A DNA stretch of 64,000 bases from Macrostomum hystrix. Lineage: Eukaryota; Animalia; Platyhelminthes. Where the stretch lies: assembly GCA_950097015.1 (NCBI GenBank), contig CATNEN010000034.1, positions 372,001 through 436,000 of the forward strand. The letters run 5' to 3'. The translations under genes were made by a program, and so were the position numbers. Shown one piece after another: positions 1-10,600 of this stretch. Under the pieces are notes generated by a model, which made no database searches, was not told the origin of the DNA, and saw only the letters and a list, made by a program, of their open reading frames with translations. Numbering within the stretch: position 1 is the stretch's first letter; each line of letters begins with the position of its first letter.

Positions 1-273
1 GTCTGGCGTGTGGGCGGTGTCTCCTGCCTTCCTGGCGCTCCCTGCTACCGCCAGCAGGTGTGCACCAGCGTGCAGCCGGCTCAGCTGTCGCTGCATGGCA
101 ATCTGGCCTGCTCCAAGGATGAAATCTATCGCAATGACGAAGAGATTGCCTTTGTAGACACGAAAGTCGACTGCCTCGGACTGAGGGCCTACAGGCGAGT
201 GCTGGTTCGCGCCAAACGTTGCCGCTTGCTGGTGAAGGTGCCGGGGCCTAGCGGTAGAAAAAGCTCAGCCTGA
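1..273 (+). CDS. Probable 3'-terminal coding exon of an upstream gene (partial, Cys-containing, family not recognised)
   Basis: Frame 1 open from base 1 to TGA at 271-273 (VWRVGGVSCLPGAPCYRQQVC...); GC-rich with the same CTG/GTG/CAG codon bias as the real exons; AT-rich sequence follows. No motif recognised. Confidence 0.4.
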   Translation, partial: VWRVGGVSCLPGAPCYRQQVCTSVQPAQLSLHGNLACSKDEIYRNDEEIAFVDTKVDCLGLRAYRRVLVRAKRCRLLVKVPGPSGRKSSA

Positions 274-590
274 TCTCACTTCTGACTCAGATTTTGATCT
301 AGCCCCCACCTCAACTTGTGGGAGAAAACGGCTTAACACTTAACAAAAAATAAAACAATAAACAAGGACAGCAATAGAGTTATTCCGATTTTATCGTCCA
401 CAGAATACTTTTTGCGCGATGCTTTTCGGCAGATTTTCGATGAGTTGGTGCTCAAGCTTTACTCGTATATTTCGTGCTGCTCCGTTCAGATTGCCACAGG
501 CAGAGATCATAATCTGAACTTTTTAATTGCTCTGTAGTAAAAAAGAAAGTGGAATAAGACGATAGCGACCTAAGCCAGATCATTGGTTTT

Positions 591-930
591 GTTGATATTG
601 TCACAAAGACTGTTGATATTGTCACAAAGACTGTTGATATTGTCACAAAGACTGTTGATATTGTCACAAAGACTGTTGATATTGTCACAAAGACTGTTGA
701 TATTGTCACAAAGACTGTTGATATTGTCACAAAGACTGTTGATATTGTCACAAAGACTGTTGATATTGTCACAAAGACTGTTGATATTGTCACAAAGACT
801 GTTGATATTGTCACAAAGACTGTTGATATTGTCACAAAGACTGTTGATATTGTCACAAAGACTGTTGATATTGTCACAAAGACTGTTAATATTGTCACAA
901 AGACTGTTAATATTGTCACAAAGACTGTTG
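591..930. repeat. 21-bp minisatellite (GTTGATATTGTCACAAAGACT)n, ~16 copies
   Basis: Directly visible near-perfect tandem repeat; source of ORFs 452-919, 570-965 and 583-939. Confidence 0.97.
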
Positions 931-934
931 AATA

Positions 935-1360
935 AGTGACTAACGATTATTAATACAGTGACCAACGATTTTTAATACAGTGACCAACGATTATTAATAC
1001 AGTGACCAACGATAATTAATACAGTGACCAACGATAATTAATACAGTGACCAATGGCTGTTAATACAGTGACCAACGATTATTAATACCGTGACCAACGA
1101 TTATTAATACAGTGACCAACGATTATTAATACCGTGACCAACGATTATTAATACAGTGACCAACGATTATTAATACAGTGACCAACGATTATAAATACAG
1201 TGACCAACGATTATTAATACAGTGACCAATGGCTGTTAATACAGTGACCAACGATTATTAATACAGTGACCAACGGTTATTATTACAGTGACCAACGATT
1301 ATTAATACAGTGACCAATGGCTGTTAATACAGTGACCAACGATTATTAATACAGTGACCA
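935..1360. repeat. 22-bp minisatellite (ACAGTGACCAACGATTATTAAT)n
   Basis: Directly visible; abuts and is related to the preceding 21-bp array. Confidence 0.95.
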
Positions 1361-2173
1361 GTTTACAATAGTCCTTGTAGTAGTATTCGTAGTGAATGGA
1401 GAGAAATGCAAGTTGAAGATTGTCACATTTTTTCAGTGAAAAAGCGCGTAGAAAAAATATTTTATTGCCCATTCATTTTGTAAAAAGCGAAGTGAAGTAC
1501 ACAAGCAAAGTCCTCTCCTTGACCTGGCATTCAGCAGCCTAGATCATCGACCTTCAGAAGTCTTGACTCCGAGATGCCAGAGGCCCACCAGCAGGAGAGT
1601 CTGTCTAACTGTATCAAAAGTCAAGCTGATCTCAATCATCCTGCATTGCACCAAGGGCGTTTTAAGCACGAGTGAACTAGGAATTTTTTTATTTCTTAAA
1701 AACTGAAGCCAATACCTTATCGCCAGCTCAAAATTAAATCGGCGAGATCGCCAGGACACTGCTATCAGAGTTCTGCGTCAGTCGAGTAGCCACAGAACGA
1801 CACAGCAAATCTATTTGACTCGGAGACTTGTGCTCACTTTGTTATTGAGCAGAGGTCAAGATTTACAGCCAGCACATTAAACCACTATCGGAGTCCCATG
1901 CTCAGCTGGGCATGTATAAACAAACTTCTTTATCTATGTCTCTGCTCATTCTAAAATCTCAGCCAACAAGCTTCTCCCCCCAGAATTGTTCTGCGTACTC
2001 ATTCTCAGGTTAGAAACCAAATGAAGATGGGGTAGATGGACCATTGCACAGTGACCATTGAAACCCAATAAAATGAATGCATAAAATGTGAGATTGTCTA
2101 CCTAACCCCAACCTGAGAGCACGGCAAGTGACCATAGTCTATACCAGCTTGCATTAGCAGCATAACCCGAGCA

Positions 2174-2817
2174 ATGGGCAACCTCGCTAGCAATGGCGGG
2201 CCAAGGATCACGAGCTACAAGCCGGGCAAAGTGTACTTGTTCACCTTTCCCAGCATCCGCTGCTGCCCAACCATATCACCGTTCGCGCTGAAGGTGGAGT
2301 CCTGGCTGCGGCTTAACGGCATCGAGTACCAGGCCGTCCGCAGCTACAGCCACTGGAGCAAGAAGGGCCAGGTGCCATTCGTCGAAGTCGACGGTCGCGA
2401 GATCAACGAGTCCAGCGTCATCATCAGGGAGCTGGCGGCCAAGTTTAACAAGTCCGAAGGCTTGACGCCGGAGCAGCAGGCGATCTCCAGCATGGTGGAG
2501 GCCATGGTGGACAACCATCTAGTTTGGTCTTACAGTCACTACCGAATGCTGGGTCCTGAGGCTCCGGTCTTCTTCGAGATGTGGGAGGGCATGGGCGCCA
2601 TTAAGAGGGCCATCGCGTCCCGAACAATTCCAAGAAACTATCGCTCCAGACTCGAGGCCCATGGCATCGGGCGGAACACGGACGAGGAGGTCCACGCCAT
2701 GGGCTGCGACGACATCAGGGCGTTGTCTGGCCTGCTGGGCGACAAGCAGTTCCTGCTGGGAGGCAACGCTCCGACCGCAGTTGACTGCGCTGTGTTCTCT
2801 CACCTAGCCCAGATCTG
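2174..2817 (+). CDS. fax: FAX-like gene exon 1 (thioredoxin-like N domain plus most of GST-C)
   Basis: ATG 2174; donor gtgagt at 2818. Confidence 0.93.
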
Positions 2818-3565
2818 GTGAGTTAATCAGGTTTTTCGTTCTACCTGCGGCAACATAAACAATGGGAGTGACCATCACTATACAGTTTTTATTGCAGCGG
2901 GGATGCGGACAATGGCACTCATTTGGTGACATTAGACCAGCAGCCAGCAAGGAGGCAATTCTGCTCATTTCGCTGACTCCTGAGCACACACGCACACAGA
3001 TACCGTACGCAGGCACAAACTCACACAGGTGTGTACATCTGCTCTGACTTTCTCATCGTCAGGCAGTGTACACTTTCACTGAGCCTTGGTGGTTGGCCCC
3101 TTAAAGGCGCGAATTGCACGAAAAGCCCGCAACAAGCCTTCTATCCTCGGCTGCGCCCCAAATAAATGTGGCCTCGCTGCGGAATCGAGCTCTAGAACCT
3201 TGATGCGAAAGGCAAATGCTTTAATCGCTCTGCCACTCACCTTCTAGGGAGTGACCATCGGGATGGGAGAGACATAATTACTGTAGCATAAGGACAATTC
3301 GTGTCACTTGTACGTACGGCTATCTAAAATTATACAAAATGTAGTGAAGTGATCGGATTGAAACTTAGATCCCCGGTGCCTCTGAAGGTATTCGCCGCTG
3401 AAGCCGCCGCACAAAGCCGTGATGGAGACTGAGGCGAAGAACCTTGGACCCTACCTGGACAGACTGAAGCAGCGGATCTGGCCCGACTGGGACGAGTTCT
3501 GCCCGGCCAACTTGCAGCCGAATGACGAGCTGCCATCTGAAGAGAGCCAGCCACCATCGAAGTGA
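2174..3565 (+). CDS. fax: Failed axon connections (FAX)/metaxin-like GST-fold protein; join(2174..2817,3388..3565), ~273 aa
   Basis: Family motifs VYLFTFP...SPFALKVESWLRLNGIEY, SKKGQVPFVEVDGREINESSVII, DIRALSGLLGDKQFLLG...PTAVDCAVFSHLAQ, then WYSPL...YLDRLKQRIWPDWDE. Phase-2 intron TG|gtgagt (2818) ... aag|G (3388) restores Trp; stop TGA 3563-3565. Confidence 0.93.
2877..3246 (-). mobile_element. tRNA-derived SINE, full-length copy 1 (in FAX intron)
   Basis: Minus strand has A-box TGGCAGAGCGA and B-box GCTCGATTCC; alignable end to end with 16025-16385; flanked by perfect 13-bp direct repeat GGGAGTGACCATC (2864-2876, 3247-3259). Confidence 0.88.
3388..3565 (+). CDS. fax: FAX-like gene exon 2
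   Basis: Acceptor aag 3385-3387; (W)YSPLKPPHKAVMETEAKNLGPYLDRLKQRIWPDWDEFCP...PPSK*. Confidence 0.92.
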
Positions 3566-3922
3566 CCATCAGGAGTGACCTTAGGGAGTGACCTCGGGAG
3601 TGACCATCGGGGTGTTCATCGGGAGTGACCATCACGAGTGACCATTGGGGTGTCCATTGGGAGTGACCTTCGGGAGTGACCTCGGGAGTGACCATCGGGA
3701 GTGACCATCACGAGTGACCATTGGGGTGTCCATTGGGAATGACCATTGGGGCGTCTATTGGGAGTGACTAACGGGAGTGACCATCGGGAGTGACCATCAC
3801 GAGTGACCATTGGGGTGTCCATTGGGAGTGACCATTGGGGCGTCTATTGGGAGTGACTAACGGGAGTGACCTCGGGAGTGACCATTGGGAGTGACTATTA
3901 GGAGTGACTATTAGGAGTGACA
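3561..3922. repeat. ~13-bp degenerate minisatellite (GGGAGTGACCATC-like) starting at the FAX stop codon
   Basis: Directly visible; AATAAA at 4019 suggests it lies in the 3'UTR. Confidence 0.9.
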
Positions 3923-4215
3923 GTTACAAGCTGTCATTAGCCAATTTTTTACATGGAAAAAAGTGATAAAATGATTGATAGCTCTTGTCGCCGCTATAGT
4001 TTAATTCAATTATTATAAAATAAACATTTACCAGATATAAAAAATATTTTTTCAATATGATTTTTTCTAAAGAAACTTTCAGCCCTAAAATGTGCATTCA
4101 CACCAGACAAAGAGCTTGTGTCTCCTGTTAGTATGGTCATGCTTGAATAAAGTATTTTTGCACATTTTAATAACAAAAAACTAATTTGGAGATAAAAAAG
4201 ATGCCTCTTAGTCCC

Positions 4216-5235
4216 ACCCTAGCCTTCAGGTTCTCACCCTAGCCTTCAGGTTCTCACCCTAGCCTTCAGGTTCTCACCTTAGCCTTCAGGTTCCCACCCT
4301 AGCCTTCAGGTTCTCACCCTAGCCTTCAGGTTCTCACCCTAGCCTTCAGGTTCTCACCTTAGCCTTCAGGTTCTCACCCTTAGCCTTCAGGTTCTCACCC
4401 TAGCCTTCAGGTTCTCACCCTAGCCTTCAGGTTCTCACCCTTAGCCTTCAGGTTCTCACCCTTAGCCTTCAGGTTCTCACCCTAGCCTTCAGGTTCTCAC
4501 CCTAGACTTCAGGTTCTCACCTTAGCCTTCAGGTTCTCACCTTAGCCTTCAGGTTCTCACCCTTAGCCTTCAGGTTCTCACCCTAGCCTTCAGGTTCTCA
4601 CCCTAGCCTTCAGGTTCTCACCCTTAGCCTTCAGGTTCTCACCCTTAGCCTTCAGGTTCTCACCCTTAGCCTTCAGGTTCTCACCCTTAGCCTTCAGGTT
4701 CTCACCCTAGCCTTCAGGTTCTCACCTTAGCCTTCAGGTTCTCACCCTTAGCCTTCAGGTTCTCACCCTAGCCTTCAGGTTCTCACCCTTAGCCTTCAGG
4801 TTCTCACCCTTAGCCTTCAGGTTCTCACCCTAGCCTTCAGGTTCTCACCCTAGCCTTCAGGTTCTCACCCTAGCCTTCAGGTTCTCACCCTTAGCCTTCA
4901 GGTTCTCACCCTAGCCTTCAGGTTCTCACCCTAGCCTTCAGGTTCTCACCTTAGCCTTCAGGTTCTCACCTTAGCCTTCAGGTTCTCACCCTTAGCCTTC
5001 AGGTTCTCACCCTAGCCTTCAGGTTCTCACCCTTAGCCTTCAGGTTCTCACCCTAGCCTTCAGGTTCTCACCCTTAGCCTTCAGGTTCTCACCCTAGCCT
5101 TCAGGCTCTCACCCTAGCCTTCAGGTTCTCACCCTTAGCCTTCAGGTTCTCACCCTAGCCTTCAGGTTCTCACCCTTAGCCTTCAGGTTCTCACCCTAGC
5201 CTTCAGGTTCTCACCCTAGCCTTCAGGTTCTCACC
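4216..5235. repeat. 20/21-bp minisatellite (CCCTAGCCTTCAGGTTCTCA)n
   Basis: Directly visible; units differ mainly by C/T homopolymer indels. Confidence 0.97.
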
Positions 5236-5750
5236 GTAGGTTCTCCCCACCGATTCTTCAGGTTCACCTCTCAACCCTCAGATTCTTTAATTTTACTTAG
5301 TTCAGGCTTTCTTACATTGCAAATAAATTTGTGAATCACGAAGGCAATTTTTTAATCGGTGTTATTACGATCCAAAAATGTCCTTATCGAGTAGTAATGA
5401 TTTTCTCTCCAACAAAGACGAATGGGGAATACTCGTATAGAAAGATTTTTCATAATAAATTTGTTGAAATTCTATAAATATATTCTCGTGTTCTAGTGTT
5501 TGCCCAGAGTGAAAGTAGAGCGCGATTGAGCAGCTTTACAGGTGCAACAGCTGCCGTGGTGAAAAAAAAGGATTGTGGAAACCAAACGCTGGAAAAAAAT
5601 TTTTTTCAACGGAAATCGCAATCGCTATTAGAGGCTTTGTTAATTGATCAGTTGGAAGATATCTTTATCCAATTTTCTTCTAGTCTGCTTCTGGTAACCT
5701 TCAAACTGAATAGGCATGTAGCCCTGCAGTAAGGAATCGCTCCATTCTAT

Positions 5751-6529
5751 TCTATTCCATTCTATTCCATTCTATTCCATTCTATTCCATTCTATTCCAT
5801 TCTATTCCATTCTATTCCATTCTATTCCATTCTATTCCATTCTATTCCATTCTATTCCATTCTATTCCATTCTATTCCATTCTATTCCATTCTATTCCAT
5901 TCTATTCCATTCTATTCCATTCTATTCCATTCTATTCCATTCTATTCCATTCTATTCCATTCTATTCCATTCTATTCCATTCTATTCCATTCTATTCCAT
6001 TCTATTCCATTCTATTCCATTCTATTCCATTCTATTCCATTCTATTCCATTCTATTCCATTCTATTCCATTCTATTCCATTCTATTCCATTCTATTCCAT
6101 TCTATTCCATTCTATTCCATTCTATTCCATTCTATTCCATTCTATTCCATTCTATTCCATTCTATTCCATTCTATTCCATTCTATTCCATTCTATTCCAT
6201 TCTATTCCATTCTATTCCATTCTATTCCATTCTATTCCATTCTATTCCATTCTATTCCATTCTATTCCATTCTATTCCATTCTATTCCATTCTATTCCAT
6301 TCTATTCCATTCTATTCCATTCTATTCCATTCTATTCCATTCTATTCCATTCTATTCCATTCTATTCCATTCTATTCCATTCTATTCCATTCTATTCCAT
6401 TCTATTCCATTCTATTCCATTCTATTCCATTCTATTCCATTCTATTCCATTCTATTCCATTCTATTCCATTCTATTCCATTCTATTCCATTCTATTCCAT
6501 TCTATTCCATTCTATTCCATTCTATTCCA
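5751..6529. repeat. Perfect 10-bp satellite (TCTATTCCAT)n, ~78 copies
   Basis: Identical 10-mers fill whole sequence lines. Confidence 0.99.
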
Positions 6530-7054
6530 CCCTCACAATACAGTCCAAGAACCAGCCTAGTGAACAGAGCATTCTCAATTTTGTCCAGGGTCCTCTCAGA
6601 TGCCTCAGATGCAACAGCGGCATTTAGCGCACACTTGCTGGCAAACAGAAGGAAAAAACTGCCTCATTTTTTCTTGCAGGGTCTAGGCTGCAGCGCAAGA
6701 TCTACTGAGTGAGGCAAATGAGCTGGGATGGAATGCTAGGAGGAGGTGGGGACGAGGAAGAATGGAAGGAAACTGCCTGCCCGCCGACACCAATTAGCTA
6801 TTCTTTAATTGCTCCCAAGCTAAAAGTTGAATGGGGAAAAATCTGCTGTATTCCCACTTTTCGGGTCTCCTTCTCTATTCCCATTTTCTGGTTCCAGGCT
6901 TTCATGTCTCCTGGCAGTGGTGCCTTGCGTTGCCAGTGTGTAGACTTTGTAGGTTTACTTTCCTCAGGTGACTAAATACAAGTAATAAACCTAATTCATC
7001 TTCTTTTGGTGTTCCCAAGCTTCGGCAAACTGTTGCGCCGTTTCAAGTGGTCTA

Positions 7055-7388
7055 CTGGCATCTATAAACTGGCATCTATAAACTGGCATCTATAAACTGG
7101 CATCTATAAACTGGCATCTATAAACTGGCATCTATAAACTGGCATCTATAAACTTGCATCTATAAACTAGCATCTATTAACTGGCATCTATAAACTAGCA
7201 TCTATTAACTGGCATCTATAAACCGGAATCTATAAACTGGCATCTATAAACTTGCATCTATAAACTAGCATCTATTAACTGGCATCTATAAACTAGCATC
7301 TATTAACTGGCATCTATAAACTTGCATCTATAAACTGGCATCTATAAACTGGAATCTATAAACTGGCATCTAAATACTGGAATCTAAA
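7055..7388. repeat. 14-bp minisatellite (CTGGCATCTATAAA)n
   Basis: Period 14 counted (7083, 7097, 7111). Confidence 0.95.
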
Positions 7389-7449
7389 AAATTTACTTAA
7401 ACTAGAAAGATTTCGCTACATAATATTTCCATCCGAAATGAAGGTCACT

Positions 7450-7475
7450 GATTGGTTGAGACCAATCAGCCAATC
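7450..7475 (+). promoter_or_regulatory. Cluster of three CCAAT (NF-Y-type) boxes upstream of the nAChR start codon
   Basis: GATTGG (7450), GACCAATCAG (7460) and AGCCAATCGC (7468) within 30 bp, ~155 bp 5' of ATG 7630. Function is inferred. Confidence 0.45.
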
Positions 7476-7629
7476 GCGATGCAGCTAGCCCGCTGTGGAC
7501 GCCAGCAAGGAAGGAAAGAAATATGGTCCCCCAGCTAAAGTGGTCTTACTAAATCTGCACCACAATATAATCAAGCGTTTTGCTGTTGTCAGTGAAAACA
7601 ACAATCATTTTAAAGACATTTTTCAGAAA

Positions 7630-7666
7630 ATGATTCTTCCGCTTCTTGTTGCCTTTGCAATGTTTG
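7630..7666 (+). CDS. nAChR exon 1 (signal peptide [12 protein letters not shown])
   Basis: ATG, hydrophobic run, phase-1 donor gtgagt matching exon 2. Confidence 0.78.
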
Positions 7667-10600
7667 GTGAGTTTTCTGCTTTTAGAAATCTTTTGCGAAT
7701 TACATCAAAATTGATGACAACAAAACTCTAAGAAAAGCAATTATTGACTGAAAGACTGACAGCTGTTTGTTAGTGGGAACTGTGCGTAATTTCTAAGCAA
7801 GATCCCAGAGGGAATTGCAGTTCAGGTTCAAACTAACCGCTTCCTCAGACTCAATCTTCAATTTTGCAATCCAAGCGAAAGATTTATGGCCCCTTCGGGT
7901 TCGTTATCTGTTGATTCGACTTGAGTTTTAGGCCTGAACTTGAGTGAGACTGCGCGTTATTACCAGGTTGGTGGTGTGCTCTGCAATCTGTAAGCTGCGG
8001 GATGACAAATCGCCCATACAAGCAAAATATGCCGTTATTAGCGTACATAAAAGTACATTCTCTTTCCTTGCTGGTTAAATACGGCTTTGAATTGAGAATT
8101 ATTATAACATTGTTATAGCAAAGTGCTCAGGCATGCAAAATGCTAATTTGATTTCTCCAGAAGAAGAAGTGTCAGCTCACCTCAGTCTTGGCATTTGGAT
8201 GAATTCAATGAGCTAGTGATTGCAGTCAAAGGTTCACCTCTCACACTACGTGACATGAATTCTTGAAAATGGATATAACAAATCATTTGCTTTGGAGGTT
8301 GTGTGAAAAGTTTCGTATGCGAGGAAATATCAAAATCAGTTTTTTACTATGCATCACAAGCGGTGAATCACTGTCAATGTGTCACAAGCGGTGAATCACT
8401 GTCAATGTGTCACAAGCGGTGAATCACAGTCAATGCGTCACAAGCGGTGAACCACAGTCAATGCATCACAAGCGGTGAATCACAGTCAATGTGTCACAAG
8501 CGGTGAATCACAGTCAATGTGTCACAAGCAATGAACCACAGTCAATGTGTCACAAGCGGTGAATCACTGTCAATGTGTCACAAGCGGTGAATCACAGTCA
8601 ATGTGTCACAAGCGGTGAACCACAGTCAATGTGTCACAAGCGGTGAATCACAGTCAATGTGTCACAAGCGGTGAATCACAGTCAATGTGTCACAAGCGGT
8701 GAATCACAGTCAATGTGTCACAAGCGGTGAATCACAGTCAATGTATCACAAGCGGTGAACCACAGTCAATATGTCACAAGCGGTGAACCACAGTCAATGT
8801 ATCACAAGCGGTGAACCACAGTCAATGTGTCACAAGCGGTGAACCACAGTCAATGTATCACAAGCAATGAACCACAGTCAATGTGTCACAAGCAATGAAC
8901 CACAGTCAATGTGTCACAAGCGGTGAACCACAGTCAATGTATCACAAGCAATGAACCACAGTCAATGTATCACAAGCAATGAACCACAGTCAATGTGTCA
9001 CAAGCGGTGAACCACAGTCAATGTATCACAAGCAATGAATCACAGTCAATGTATCACAAGCGGTGAATCACAGTCAATGTGTCACAAGCGGTGAATCACA
9101 GTCAATGTATCACAAGCGGTGAATCACAGTCAATGTGTCACAAGCGGTGAACCACAGTCAATGTATCACAAGCAATGAACCACAGTCAATGCATCACAAG
9201 CGGTGAACCACAGTCAATGTATCACAAGCGGTGAACCACAGTCAATGTATCACAAGCAATGAACCACAGTCAATGCATCACAAGCGGTGAACCACAGTCA
9301 ATGTATCACAAGCAATGAACCACAGTCAATGCATCACAAGCGGTGAACCACAGTCAATGTATCACAAGCGGTGAACCACAGTCAATGCATCACAAGCGGT
9401 GAACCACAGTCAATGTATCACAAGCGGTGAACCACAGTCAATGCATCACAAGCGGTGAACCACAGTCAATGTATCACAAGCAATGAACCACAGTCAATGC
9501 ATCACAAGCGGTGAACCACAGTCAATGTGTCACAAGCAATGAACCACAGTCAATGTATCACAAGCGGTGAATCACAGTCAATGTATCACAAGCGGTGAAT
9601 CACAGTCAATGCACCACAATGTATCACATATTTTACGCGTCAAATTCCACAGAGACAATGATGTACTTACTATTCCTGGTGCACTATGCGTTAAGTACAT
9701 TGCCCATTCAATCGCTGCTATTAATCAAGAAAAACCAAGAAAGAGCATACAAGCTATTAACACACTGAACTGCGCGTCCATCCAGGTCACTGCCGAGCCA
9801 ACCCGGACGCTAAGAGACTGTACGACGACCTGCTGGTGAAAACCGACTATAACAAACTCATTCGACCGGTCAATAACAATTCCAAAACTCTGACAGTCTA
9901 TTTGGGTCTGAAGCTGTCACAGCTGATCGATGTGGTCAGTTCCTGCTGTTTACTGTTATTTTTTGACAAAAACCTTCATAAAAGTGGACTTTACATTTGG
10001 CCCAAAAGAGTTTGGTGTCACTTTCGATCAATTGTTGTCTATTCTAAGTTAAGCCGTACCAAAGAACTCAGGAAATGTGCACATGGTAGAATAAGAACAG
10101 CTTTTTAGCATAGACAATAGCGGCTAAGGGTTAAGAACAGCTTTTTACCATAGACAATAGCAGCTTAGCATTAAGAACAGTTTTTACCATAGACAATAGC
10201 GGCTGAGGGTTAAGAACAGCTTTTTACCATAGACAATAGCAGCTTAGCATTAAGAACAGTTTTTACCATAGACAATAGCGGCTAAGGGTTAAGAACAGCT
10301 TCTTACTATCGACAATAGCGGCTAAGCGTTAAGAACAGTTTTTTACCATAGAAAATAGCAGGTAAGCTTTAAGAACAGTTTTTTAGCATAGACAATAGTA
10401 GCTTAGCATTAAGAACAGTTTTTACCATAGACAATAGTAGCTTAGCATTAAGAACAGTTTTTACCATAGACAATAGCGGCTAAGGGTTAAGAACAGCTTT
10501 TTACCATAGACAATAGCGGCTAAGCGTTAAGAACAGTTTTTTACCATAGACAATAGCAGGTAAGCTTTAAGAACAGTTTTCTACCACAGAAAATAGCAGC

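Noticed and set aside
4216-5235. Telomere-like repeat (CCCTAG, CCCTTAG)
   Set aside because: The hexamer is only part of a 20/21-bp unit; not a (TTAGGG)n tract.
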